DNA from: an uncultured Methylomirabilota bacterium
GTDB lineage: Bacteria > Methylomirabilota > Methylomirabilia > Methylomirabilales > 2-02-FULL-66-22
Assembly (NCBI GenBank): GCA_963845565.1
Contig: CAWJSJ010000005.1
Coordinates: forward strand, 544,001-608,000
DNA: 64,000 nt
Direction of reading: 5' to 3'
Position 1 is the first letter of the stretch. Each line of letters opens with the position of its first letter. The notes beneath the pieces were generated by a model. It saw only the letters and a program-made list of their open reading frames with translations, made no database searches and was not told where the DNA came from. This document shows, piece after piece, positions 52,992 through 62,421 of the stretch. A program made the position numbers and the translations under genes.

Positions 52992-55415
52992 ATGGATGTC
53001 CACTCGTTACGCGTGCTGGAGTTCGATGCGGTCCTGGAGTGCCTGGCCGCCGAGGCGGCCTCCATCCTCGGACGGCAGCGGGCCCTTGCCGTGGCGCCGT
53101 CGGCGGACCCGGCCCTCGTCGTCCAGCGCCTGACCGAGACCCGGGAAGCGCGCACACTCCTGGTGCACGGGCCCGCGCCGGCGCTGGAGCGGGCGGCGGA
53201 CGTCCGCGAGTCCCTGGCGCGCGCCGGGATCGCCGGGGCGCGGCTGTCCCCGCCGGATCTCCTGGCGATCGCGGAGACGCTGGAGGCCGCCGAGCAGCTC
53301 CGGCAGTGGGTGCGTCGGCCCGATCTGGACCTCCCGCGGCTGTCCGCCGTCTCCGCCGGTCTGCGGCCGCCGTCTGCCCTGTGGCGCGAGATCCGGCGGT
53401 GCATCTTGCCGGACGGCACGGTGACCGATACGGCCAGTGCCGAGCTCTCCCGGTTGCGAACGCAGGCGCGCGCCGCGCGCGAAGCGGCCCGCGAGCATCT
53501 GCAGGCGCTCCTGGGAAGCCCGCAGCTGCACGGCGTGATCGCCGAGCCGGTGATCACGCTTCGGAACGATCGGTATGTCATCCCGGTCCTGGCCGGCTAC
53601 CGCGTGCATCTTGCCGGGGTTGTCCAGGATCAATCCGGCAGCGGGCACACCCTGTTTCTGGAGCCCCTCTCGGTGGTCGAACAGAACAATGCCATCCGCC
53701 GGCTGGAGCGGGAGGCCGAGAGCGAGGTGGACCGGATCCTGGGCGACCTGACCGCCAAGATCGGGGCCGCAGGCGACGACATCCGCGCGACCGTGGAGGC
53801 CCTGGCGGACCTGGACCTGATCCTCGGTCGGGCGCGGCTCGCCGAGCGGTGGGGGGCGACGCAGCCGACCGTCAATCCCGAGGGCAGCCTCTGCTTGCGG
53901 GGAGCGAGACATCCGCTGCTGCTGGAATCGCGTCGGCGCCGGGCAACGGACGCCGACCTGCAAGAGGTAGTGCCCATCGACGTGCCGTTGGAGCGGTCGG
54001 GGAGGGTGCTGGTGATCACGGGCCCGAACGCCGGCGGGAAGACGGTGGCCCTCAAGACCGTGGGCCTGCTCGTCCTGATGGCGCAGGCCGGCCTGCACAT
54101 CCCCGCCTCGCCGGACTCGTCCTGGCCGGTCTTCCGCGGGGTCTATGCCGACATCGGGGACGAGCAGAGCATCGCCCGGGATCTCAGCACCTTCTCGGCG
54201 CACGTGTCGCGGCTCACGGCAATTCTCGCCGCCGCAGACGGGAGTAGTCTGGTCCTCATCGACGAAATCGGGGCCGGCACCGATCCGGGAGAGGGGGCGG
54301 CTCTGGGCAACGCGATCCTGGAGGCGCTGGCTGGTCGGGGATCTCATGTCGTGGCCACGACGCATCTCGACGGAATCAAAGCCTTTGTGGCAAATCATCC
54401 TGCCATGGTGAACGCGGCCGTGGAGTTCGACCTTGACAGGATGCGGCCGGTGTATAAATTACATATCGGGTTTCCTGGTCGCAGTTTCGCCATTGATGTT
54501 GCCTGCCGCCTTGGCATCCCTCCGTCCATTGTACAGCGTGCGCGGGAGTTTGTCGGGGATTCCGGTGCAGGGGTCGCCGCCCTGCTGGACCAGTTGCACG
54601 TCCTGGAATCGCAGCGCGCCGAGCAGGCGGCCGCCGCCACCCGGGAGCGGGCAGAGGCCGTCCGTGCCCGGGAAGAGGCCGAGAACATCGTCCGGGACCT
54701 GCGCGTCAAGGCCGCGAGCCTCCGAGCCCGGACCGGACAGGTGGTGGCGGAGATTGCGGCCGAGGCTCGCCGACGAGTCGAGGCGGTTGTCGCGGACTTG
54801 AAACGCGGCCGGGCCGTGCAGGAGGCGCGTCACGCCGTGGGGCAGCTCGCCGACCTGCCGGAGGCCGTGCTGGCGGAGTTTCCGGCGCCGCCGCCGGGAG
54901 CCGAGGATACCCCGCTTGAGCGGATCGAGCCGGGCCAGCAGGTCCGCATCCGGCATCTCGGGCAAGTCGGTACGGTGGTGTCCGAGGTAAGCGCCCAGGG
55001 ACTGGTCGAGGTGCAGTTGCCCGTGGGGAAAGCCCGCGTGCCCGTGACGGCGCTCTCTGGGGCGGGTCCGGCCATTCCCCGGCGCGAGGCGCCCATTTCA
55101 TGGACGGCGGGGGCAGGGGAGAGCCTGACGGCGGAGATCAACGTGATCGGCTGCACCGTCGAGGAGGCGACCCAGCGGGTCGCACGGTACCTGGACGACG
55201 CCATGCTGGGCGGACTGTCACGGGTCCGGATCATCCACGGCAAGGGAACCGGGCGCCTCCGGCGCGGCATCGCGGAACTCCTGCAGGCACACCCGCTGGT
55301 GGCCGGGTTTCAGATTGCCTCCTTCGACGAGGGGGGCACAGGGGCTACCGTGGTGGACCTGGGAGCGCGGGAGGGGGAGGGGCATCCCCCGGCGCCGCCA
55401 CCGGACGCAATGTGA
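52992..55415 (+). CDS. mutS2: Endonuclease/ribosome-collision factor MutS2
   Basis: ITGPNAGGKT, DIGDEQSI, STFS, DEIGAGTDP, TTH; C-terminal Smr IIHGKGTG. Confidence 0.95.
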   Translation: MDVHSLRVLEFDAVLECLAAEAASILGRQRALAVAPSADPALVVQRLTETREARTLLVHGPAPALERAADVRESLARAGIAGARLSPPDLLAIAETLEAAEQLRQWVRRPDLDLPRLSAVSAGLRPPSALWREIRRCILPDGTVTDTASAELSRLRTQARAAREAAREHLQALLGSPQLHGVIAEPVITLRNDRYVIPVLAGYRVHLAGVVQDQSGSGHTLFLEPLSVVEQNNAIRRLEREAESEVDRILGDLTAKIGAAGDDIRATVEALADLDLILGRARLAERWGATQPTVNPEGSLCLRGARHPLLLESRRRRATDADLQEVVPIDVPLERSGRVLVITGPNAGGKTVALKTVGLLVLMAQAGLHIPASPDSSWPVFRGVYADIGDEQSIARDLSTFSAHVSRLTAILAAADGSSLVLIDEIGAGTDPGEGAALGNAILEALAGRGSHVVATTHLDGIKAFVANHPAMVNAAVEFDLDRMRPVYKLHIGFPGRSFAIDVACRLGIPPSIVQRAREFVGDSGAGVAALLDQLHVLESQRAEQAAAATRERAEAVRAREEAENIVRDLRVKAASLRARTGQVVAEIAAEARRRVEAVVADLKRGRAVQEARHAVGQLADLPEAVLAEFPAPPPGAEDTPLERIEPGQQVRIRHLGQVGTVVSEVSAQGLVEVQLPVGKARVPVTALSGAGPAIPRREAPISWTAGAGESLTAEINVIGCTVEEATQRVARYLDDAMLGGLSRVRIIHGKGTGRLRRGIAELLQAHPLVAGFQIASFDEGGTGATVVDLGAREGEGHPPAPPPDAM

Positions 55416-55422
55416 GGCCAGC

Positions 55423-57210
55423 GTGATCCCCGAGGACGTCATCGCCGAGATCGTCCGGCGCATCGACATCGTGGAACTGATCGGAGGATACCTCCCGCTT
55501 CGGGCAGCGGGGCGGACGCACAAGGGGTTGTGCCCGTTCCACACCGAGAAGACGCCGTCGTTCGTCGTCAATCCCGAACGGCAGATCTTCCACTGCTTCG
55601 GCTGCGGGGAGGGGGGGGACGCCATCGCGTTCCTCATGAAACACGAGCGGCTCGGCTTCATGGAGGCGGTGCGGTTCCTGGCCGAGCGCGCCGGTGTCTC
55701 GCTCCCCACGACGCGGGGCGGGCAGGGGCCGGGGGAGACGGACAGCCGCCTGCCGCTGCTGGAGATCCACCGGCTGGCACTCCAGCATTTTCGGGAGAAC
55801 CTGGCAGGGCGGGCGGGGGAGGCCGCCCGAACGTATCTGGCCGACCGGGGGCTCGCCCCGGAACTGGTCGAACGGTTCGAGTTGGGCTTTGCCCTGCCGA
55901 GTTGGGACGCGCTCCTCCGCGTGCTCAAGACGCGGGGATACCCGGACAAGGTGCTGGAGGCGGCCGGGCTCTCCGTGCCCCGGCAGAGCGGGTCGGGTTA
56001 CTATGACCGGTTCCGGAACCGCCTCATGATCCCGATCTGGGACGTGAGCGGGAAGGTGGTGGCCTTCGGTGGGCGTGCCCTGGAAGCGACGGAGGTGAAG
56101 TACATCAATTCGCCCGAGACGGCGCTGTACCGGAAGGGACATCACCTGTACGGGTTGAACCTGGCGACGCGCGCCATCCGCGACCGGAAAGTCGTCATCG
56201 TGGTGGAGGGGTACTTCGACGCCATCATGCTGCACGCCCACGGGTTCGGGAACGCCGTGGCGGCGCTGGGGACGGCGCTCACCACCGACCAGGCGCGCCT
56301 CCTGGGCCGGTACGCCCAGACCGTGGTGCTTCTCTTCGACCCGGATGCGCCGGGGATCGGCGCCGCCCGGCGCAACCTGGAGCACTTGATCAACGTCGAT
56401 CTCACCTGGCGGATCGTCCTGCTGTCCGACGGGTTGGACCCCGACGCGTTCCTGCGACAGCACGGGACCGCCGAGTTCCAGGCGGCGCTGGACGGTGCGC
56501 AGGACCTGGTGGAATTCTTTCTGGATCGCCGCGTGTCGGGGCTGGACCTCAACGACCCGGTGGAGCGGGCCCGCGCGGTGGACGGCCTGATCGATGTCGT
56601 GGGGCTGATCGACAGCCCGATCCGCCGCGAAGGATACGTCCAGCGCATCGCCCAGCGGGCGGCGATCTCGGACCGGACGCTGCTGGAGGCGGTGGCGCAA
56701 CGGCGCGGGCGGATCGGCCGGCAGGACGCCCGGGCGGCGCCGCCCCCGGCACCGACCACCCCGCCCACGGCGGAAGAGCAACTGGTGTTCGTGGGGCTCC
56801 ATCATCCGGCCTATCGCGGGCGGATCGCCGCCGAGCTTGCGCCGGAGGATATCCGGGACCCGGTGCTGCAGCGGATTTTCCTGGAGTTCGTGCAAAAGGG
56901 GGAACTGGGATCGCGCGACGCCGGCGCCCGCCCCATGAGCCTCCAACCGCCGGAGGTGCAGCGTCGCCTCTCGTCGCTGTGGGCGGCTGCGGGGGAGAGC
57001 GATCTGCTTCCGACGGGCGAGGAGCGGGACGCGGCCCTGGCCCAGATGGTGGAGGACTGTCTCGGGCGGATTGCCGCACGGCGCGCCCGCGCACAGCGCA
57101 CGGTACTGCGCCAGGCCCTGGAAGCAGCCGATCGCCAGGGGGATCCTGAGCGCGTGTTGAAGCTTCTGGCGGAACACCCCTCAATCAAGAGCGGAGACAA
57201 GACCACTTAG
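55423..57210 (+). CDS. dnaG: DNA primase
   Basis: CPFH.EKTPS, CFGC, FGGR, KYINSPET, VEGYFD, DPD. Confidence 0.97.
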   Translation: MIPEDVIAEIVRRIDIVELIGGYLPLRAAGRTHKGLCPFHTEKTPSFVVNPERQIFHCFGCGEGGDAIAFLMKHERLGFMEAVRFLAERAGVSLPTTRGGQGPGETDSRLPLLEIHRLALQHFRENLAGRAGEAARTYLADRGLAPELVERFELGFALPSWDALLRVLKTRGYPDKVLEAAGLSVPRQSGSGYYDRFRNRLMIPIWDVSGKVVAFGGRALEATEVKYINSPETALYRKGHHLYGLNLATRAIRDRKVVIVVEGYFDAIMLHAHGFGNAVAALGTALTTDQARLLGRYAQTVVLLFDPDAPGIGAARRNLEHLINVDLTWRIVLLSDGLDPDAFLRQHGTAEFQAALDGAQDLVEFFLDRRVSGLDLNDPVERARAVDGLIDVVGLIDSPIRREGYVQRIAQRAAISDRTLLEAVAQRRGRIGRQDARAAPPPAPTTPPTAEEQLVFVGLHHPAYRGRIAAELAPEDIRDPVLQRIFLEFVQKGELGSRDAGARPMSLQPPEVQRRLSSLWAAAGESDLLPTGEERDAALAQMVEDCLGRIAARRARAQRTVLRQALEAADRQGDPERVLKLLAEHPSIKSGDKTT

Positions 57211-57260
57211 GAGCCGTTACGAAATTAACTATACATCTCTTTCTATTTCGTTACGGCTCC
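57210..57260. mobile_element. 51-bp mini-MITE with 16-bp TIRs and TTA target duplication
   Basis: TTA|GGAGCCGTTACGAAAT-19 nt AT-rich-ATTTCGTTACGGCTCC|TTA. Confidence 0.65.
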
Positions 57261-57324
57261 TTATGCCGTTTCGGAATGTCTCCGCTCAACTAATTCTCTG
57301 ACAACGGCCTAGGGGAGAGATCGC

Positions 57325-59385
57325 ATGGTCAAGACACCGACAGGAAAGCATGCCGCGGCCCGGCGCCGGCCGACAGAGCCCTCGCGCCCTCGCCCCACGG
57401 CGGCGCGACCATCCGGCGACAGCGGCCGCAAACCGGCGGCCAAGGCAACCGTCCGGCCCGCGGCGTCGAGCAAGAAGCCCGCCCCCCCACCCAAGAAGAC
57501 CGCGAAGGCGCCCGAACCGAAGCGGCCCGCGCCGGCAAAACCGGCCCCGGCGGCCGCGCCGACCGCCAAGCGGCCGGGCAAGCCCGAGCCGAAGGGCGCG
57601 CTCGGGACTCGACCGGCGGCCACAGCCGCCGCCCGGATCGAGGAGATCAAGGCGCTCGTCGCCCTGGGGAAGAAGAAGGGCTACCTGACCTACGACGAGA
57701 TCATGAGCCAGATCCCCGAGGACGAGGCGTCCGCCGAGCGGTTCGACGAAATCTTCCGCGCGCTGGGGGAGATGGACATCGAGGTGGTGGACGCCCCGGA
57801 GCGGCGGAAGGGTGCCGACGGCGAGGAGACGTCGGAGGAAGAGGCGTCGCCGGAGGCGGAATTGGATCTGTCCCCCGCGCCGGTCGGACGCACCGACGAT
57901 CCGGTCCGCATGTACCTCCGGGAGATGGGGCGGACGCCGCTGCTCACCCGCGAGGGCGAGATCCGGATCGCCAAGCGCATCGAGGAAGGCCGCAAGGAGG
58001 TGGCGAACTCCGTCTGCCGCGCGGCGGCCGCGGTGCGCGAGATCCTGTATATGGGGGAGCGGCTGGAGCAGGGGCGGCTCCGGATCGGGGATCTGCTGGC
58101 GCTGAACGAGTTCGAGGAGATCTCCGAGCAGCGGGAGCGCGATCTGCAGAACGAGATCAAGCCGGTGATTCGTGCGCTCAAGAGCGAGCAGGCAAAGGTC
58201 GAGGAGATCCGTCGGCGCATGGAGAAAGCCGGTCCGCGGCCCGGCGAGCGGGTGCGGAGCAAGTTTGACGGCGAGATCGCCGTCCGAAAGACCAAACAGG
58301 CCGAGGTCCTGCGCAAGGTGAACCTCAACCAGCGGGTGGTGGACCGGGTGGTCACGCGGATGCGCCGGTTCCTGGAGCGGATCGAGAGCGGCGAACGCGA
58401 TCTGCTGGACCTGGGCAGGGCCGCTCGCCTCAACCAGACGGATCTGAGGCTCCTGACGTCGAACGGGGACGGCGTCAATCCGAACACGGTCCGCACCGTC
58501 CTGCGGCGGGCGCTGCAGGGCAAGCGCGACGCAGAAATCTACCGGCAGCAGATGACGGCGCTGGCCGATAAGGTCTGGAAGGTCGAGCAGGAGGCGGAGG
58601 CGTCCGCCAAAGAGCTGCGAGCCCTCCTCGTCTCCATCACCGAGGGAGAGCGCAAGGCGCTGCTGGCCAAGAAGGAGATGGTGGAGGCGAACCTCCGCCT
58701 GGTGATCAGCATTGCCAAGAAGTACACGAACCGCGGCCTCCAATTCCTGGATCTCATCCAGGAGGGGAACATCGGGCTGATGCGCGCCGTGGACAAGTTC
58801 GAGTATCAGCGCGGTTACAAATTCAGCACCTACGCCACCTGGTGGATCCGGCAGGCCATCACGCGCGCCATCGCGGACCAGGCGCGCACGATCCGGATTC
58901 CGGTTCACATGATCGAGACGATCAACAAGCTGATCCGGGCCTCGCGCCACCTGGTGCAGGAGTACGGGCGCGAGCCGACCCCGGAAGAAATCGCGCAGAA
59001 GATCGACCTGCCGGTGGACAAGGTGCGCAAGGTCCTGAAGATCGCGCAGGAGCCGATCTCGCTGGAGACCCCCATCGGCGAGGAAGAGGATTCGCACCTG
59101 GGGGATTTCATCGAGGACAAGACGGCGGTATCGCCCATCGAGGCGGTGATCGGGCTCAACCTGGAGCGGCAGACCGAGGAAGTGCTGAAGACGCTCACCC
59201 CCCGCGAGGAACGCGTCCTGCGCCTGCGCTTCGGGATCGGGGACGGCTGCGATCACACCCTGGAAGAGGTCGGGCAGCAGTTCGACGTGACCCGCGAGCG
59301 GATCCGGCAGATCGAGGCCAAGGCGCTCCGGAAGTTGCGCCATCCGACCCGCAGCAAGAAGCTGAAGAGTTTCGTGGAGGGATAG
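57325..59385 (+). CDS. rpoD: Primary RNA polymerase sigma factor (sigma70) with K/A/P-rich N-terminal extension
   Basis: [54 protein letters not shown]. Confidence 0.98.
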   Translation: MVKTPTGKHAAARRRPTEPSRPRPTAARPSGDSGRKPAAKATVRPAASSKKPAPPPKKTAKAPEPKRPAPAKPAPAAAPTAKRPGKPEPKGALGTRPAATAAARIEEIKALVALGKKKGYLTYDEIMSQIPEDEASAERFDEIFRALGEMDIEVVDAPERRKGADGEETSEEEASPEAELDLSPAPVGRTDDPVRMYLREMGRTPLLTREGEIRIAKRIEEGRKEVANSVCRAAAAVREILYMGERLEQGRLRIGDLLALNEFEEISEQRERDLQNEIKPVIRALKSEQAKVEEIRRRMEKAGPRPGERVRSKFDGEIAVRKTKQAEVLRKVNLNQRVVDRVVTRMRRFLERIESGERDLLDLGRAARLNQTDLRLLTSNGDGVNPNTVRTVLRRALQGKRDAEIYRQQMTALADKVWKVEQEAEASAKELRALLVSITEGERKALLAKKEMVEANLRLVISIAKKYTNRGLQFLDLIQEGNIGLMRAVDKFEYQRGYKFSTYATWWIRQAITRAIADQARTIRIPVHMIETINKLIRASRHLVQEYGREPTPEEIAQKIDLPVDKVRKVLKIAQEPISLETPIGEEEDSHLGDFIEDKTAVSPIEAVIGLNLERQTEEVLKTLTPREERVLRLRFGIGDGCDHTLEEVGQQFDVTRERIRQIEAKALRKLRHPTRSKKLKSFVEG

Positions 59386-59556
59386 GCGACGTTGGCGACC
59401 GGGCGATTTGGCAACTTGGCGATTAGGCAATTAGGCGATTGGGCAATGGGGCGGCTTGGCGCTCCGAGCCCGCCTTCCGCGTTGCCCGATTGCCCAGGTG
59501 TCAGATTGTCTTGACCCGTTTCCGAATTGCCCAGTTGCCCGATTGCCCAATCGCCC
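59385..59556. repeat. Family-D octamer palindromic element between rpoD and tRNA
   Basis: TTGGCAAC TTGGCGAT TAGGCAAT TAGGCGAT TGGGCAAT units and inverted TTGCCCAG TTGCCCGA TTGCCCAA TCGCCC. Confidence 0.8.
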
Positions 59557-59565
59557 TCGCAGCAC

Positions 59566-59642
59566 GGGCCCATAGCTCAGTTGGTTAGAGCCGCCGGCTC
59601 ATAACCGGATGGTCCCAGGTTCGAGTCCTGGTGGGCCCACCA
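59566..59642 (+). tRNA. tRNA with CAT anticodon, probably tRNA-Ile2 (lysidine)
   Basis: GGGCCCATAGCTCAGTTGGTTAGAGC...CTCATAA...GGTTCGAGTCC...GGGCCCACCA; paired G1-C72 excludes initiator; position after rpoD as for E. coli ileX. Confidence 0.92.
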
Positions 59643-59661
59643 TAGGAGAATCAGCACGACG

Positions 59662-59697
59662 CCCCGTCTGGCCGAGAGTTAGACGGGGTTTTCGTTT
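59662..59697 (+). terminator. Intrinsic terminator after tRNA
   Basis: CCCCGTCTGG...TTAGACGGGG followed by TTTTCGTTT. Confidence 0.7.
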
Positions 59698-59873
59698 GTT
59701 GGGGAGGAGGGTACAGTCTCCCGCCGGGTCAATGACGCGGCCGAAGATGCCCGCGTCAAGGGTCCTCACGTCCACGAATTGGAGCCGCGTTCGCCTATCC
59801 GTTGCTCCGGGGCAGCGTGGGCATCTACTCGCAGGCGGGCCTCAAGGTAGTGTTGAAGCGAAGCAGGGAGGGC

Positions 59874-60131
59874 TCAGTAGGTTGTGGATGTTCGCCGGCG
59901 GACGGAGGCCACGACAATCAAGCTTCGGTCCGGGTACAGGTCGTAGAGAATGCGCCAATTGCCTACGCGCCGACGCCAGGCCGTGGAGAGTCCATGCAAC
60001 CGAGCGACGTCCCCGGCGAATGGATCTTCGCGCATTTCCCTGAGCGCTATGAGGATTCGGACGCGGTCCCGCCCGGGGATGCCCTCAAGCTCTTTTTCGG
60101 CTGACCGGGCGACGTGCAGTGTCCAGGGCAT
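59874..60131 (-). CDS. RelE/ParE family toxin
   Basis: SAEKEL, DPFAGDV.RL, WRRRVGNWRILY, VRRRTSTTY. Confidence 0.88.
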   Translation of the reverse strand: MPWTLHVARSAEKELEGIPGRDRVRILIALREMREDPFAGDVARLHGLSTAWRRRVGNWRILYDLYPDRSLIVVASVRRRTSTTY

Positions 60132-60366
60132 GGAGGAGTTGGTCCAGGCTCACGAATTGACCGCGGGCGTGCTCGCGGCGTGCGCGCCGAAGCGCCCGGA
60201 TATCCTCCACCGAGGGCGTGACGGCGGGGAAGCGTGTGTCGATGTATGTGCGAAGGGCCTCGCGCACCAATTCCGAGCGGGTGCGATGCTCGGCCTTGCG
60301 GACCTCCTCGACCTGCTCCATCATTTCGGCTGGGAGGGAAACGGTCATTGTCTGTCGCGTTCGCAT
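60085..60366 (-). CDS. Ribbon-helix-helix (CopG-like) antitoxin
   Basis: TMTVSLPAEM..VEEV...EHRTRSELVREALR; overlaps toxin. Confidence 0.85.
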   Translation of the reverse strand: MRTRQTMTVSLPAEMMEQVEEVRKAEHRTRSELVREALRTYIDTRFPAVTPSVEDIRALRRARREHARGQFVSLDQLLHALDTARRPVSRKRA

Positions 60367-60759
60367 TGGCTTTTCCCTGTATTACTTGGTGTGACCAGAT
60401 AATACCGGGTGCCATGGAGGGTCGTCAAGGGAGAACGCCGACCCGCACGGATGGACGCTAGCAGCGAGGAGCGAAACGGACGGTGTCAATGACACCACAG
60501 GTGACACCACGAAAATCGGAGCAGTGTAACTGGATGCACATGACGCGGCTACGGGTGAATGTCAGTTGTTGGGACAGGGACGTTGAGGGACGGAGATGGA
60601 TGTTGAGAGGTGCCGAACAGCGTTGACAGTCGTCGGCGTTCGGCGTAGCTTCTACTCACCATCCCCGCATTCTCCGGTGTCCCGGTCGGGACGCTGACCG
60701 CTCGCGGCCCACTTGGTCGCCGTTCTTGATAGACGCCCTGCCCATTTCAGGAGGACACA

Positions 60760-60855
60760 GTGATGCGAATGCAGTCGGTGCTTGCGTTCGTTGTGACGCT
60801 CGCATTGGTGGGATGCTCCGCGCATAGTCCATTTATTGAAAAGGATCGTGAATAA
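60760..60855 (+). CDS. 31-aa lipoprotein-signal ORF (small lipoprotein or truncated gene)
   Basis: SD CAGGAGG, MMRMQSVLAFVVTLALVGCSAHSPFIEKDRE with lipobox LVGC; upstream TTGACA-N17-TAGCTT at 60623-60651. Confidence 0.5.
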   Translation: MMRMQSVLAFVVTLALVGCSAHSPFIEKDRE

Positions 60856-61181
60856 TCCGGTCTACCTGACGAGCAGCCATTCCCGCTTGCAGCGGGAGGA
60901 TATGGGGTAGCGGGCGGACCTGGCACCCAACCGTCAGGTGGGTGCGGCGTCGCCGCGTACGGGCGATGCCTGATCCGTTCCGGACCGCCGCCCCAAGGGT
61001 TCTTACCAAGCCCGCATTGTTCGCGAGTTGTTTTCGCGAATAATGCGGGCTCGCCTGACACCGAGCGAGCGGCGATGCCGGCCCAGTCCATCAACCGGAC
61101 GCGGTACAGCCTGCGGCCTCCGCGGGCCGGTCAGGTCGAAGGTTCAGCCACGGTGCATCTCGGAGGGAATACGGGGTCGGA

Positions 61182-61984
61182 ATGATGAGCGTGCGGATGC
61201 AGGCTTCGCAACCAACGATTGCCGCGACGGTGCCCGCCGACGGGACGCATCGCTCCAGCGCCTCGTGGAGGAACTCTACGCGGGGCAGCAGGCGATCGAG
61301 CCGGACAACCCCTACCTCCGCGAGCACGGGAGCCCGATCTGGATCGCGAACCAGATCCGCAACTTTCACTGGTATCGGCCGTTCCTTCCGGACGCGGGGG
61401 CGGTGCTGGACTGGGGGTGTCACCATGCGGTTGACAGTTGCCTGCTCCGTGCCTGGTTTGGGGATCGCCTGTCGTTGCACAGTTGTGACGTCCTCGAACC
61501 TGGCCGGTATCCGGTGTTCCATGATTTCGCGCGTGCCGCCTACACGCGCCTAGAGGACGCAGTGCGGCTCCCTTTCCCGTCCAACTCCTTTGACGCCGTC
61601 ATCGGCTCCGGGGTGTTGGAGCATGTGGCCATGGACTACGAATCCCTCAAGGAACTCCACCGGGTGCTCCGGCCGGACGGGATGCTCCTGATCTCGTATC
61701 TGCCAAACTGGCTTTCGTACGAGGAGTGGGTGCAGCGAACCATCCGGAAGAGCGCCTTCCACCGACGCTTGTACGGTCTGGGCGAGGCGAAGCAACTCTT
61801 GAAGCGGTGCGGCTTCTACCCCGTCCTCGCCGGCTACCATACGTTCTTTTGGAAGCGCCTGGTCAGAGCGGCGGGCTTGCGCCGCTGGGAGCGGCCTCTG
61901 TCCGCACTCTTGGAACGGCTTCTGCCGGTGCAGGTGATCAGCTCGACGCTGCGGGTCGTTGCCCGGAAGATGACAGAGATGTAA
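61182..61984 (+). CDS. Class I SAM-dependent methyltransferase (start uncertain; possible -1 frameshift near 61242)
   Basis: VLDWGC, LPFPSNSFDAV, VLEHV, LHRVLRPDG. Confidence 0.8.
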
Positions 61985-62147
61985 CCCCTGCCGGTAGGCG
62001 GCATCCTTCCTCTTTTCCCTTGACACTCGGACGGAAAAGTCGACAATTCGAAAATTCCGCGCTTGCGGCGCTCGCCTTGCGTCACCCTCCGGGACGGCGC
62101 CTCGACCATGAGACAGTGGAACCCATAGTTTGCCGGAAGGAGAAGCC

Positions 62148-62399
62148 GTGGACACACGGGACGTGATCCGTCGCTACCTCATCGAGCACTCAGCGAAGCC
62201 GGGAATCAGCACGTTTGACGAGGAGCGATCCCTTCTGGATCAGGGGGTGCTGGACTCCTTCGACCTGGTGAACCTGGTGACCTTCCTGGAGACGGAGTTC
62301 GGGATAACGGTTGCGGACGACGAAATCGACGCGGCGGTGCTGTCCGCGTTCGACCGCCTGTGCGCGTTTGTCGAAGGCAAGCGGGGCCCCACCAGATGA
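62148..62399 (+). CDS. Acyl carrier protein (DltC-like)
   Basis: 83 aa acidic, GVLDSFDLVNLVTFLETEFGI with phosphopantetheine Ser; SD AAGGAG. Confidence 0.88.
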   Translation: MDTRDVIRRYLIEHSAKPGISTFDEERSLLDQGVLDSFDLVNLVTFLETEFGITVADDEIDAAVLSAFDRLCAFVEGKRGPTR

Positions 62400-62421
62400 T
62401 CTTTTTGCAGGGAGTGCCCAG

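Noticed and set aside
59566..59642. Initiator or elongator tRNA-Met call for the CAT tRNA
   Set aside because: G1-C72 is paired and there is no GGG/CCC anticodon stem, so it is not the initiator. The acceptor stem and post-rpoD position favour Ile2, though elongator Met is not fully excluded.
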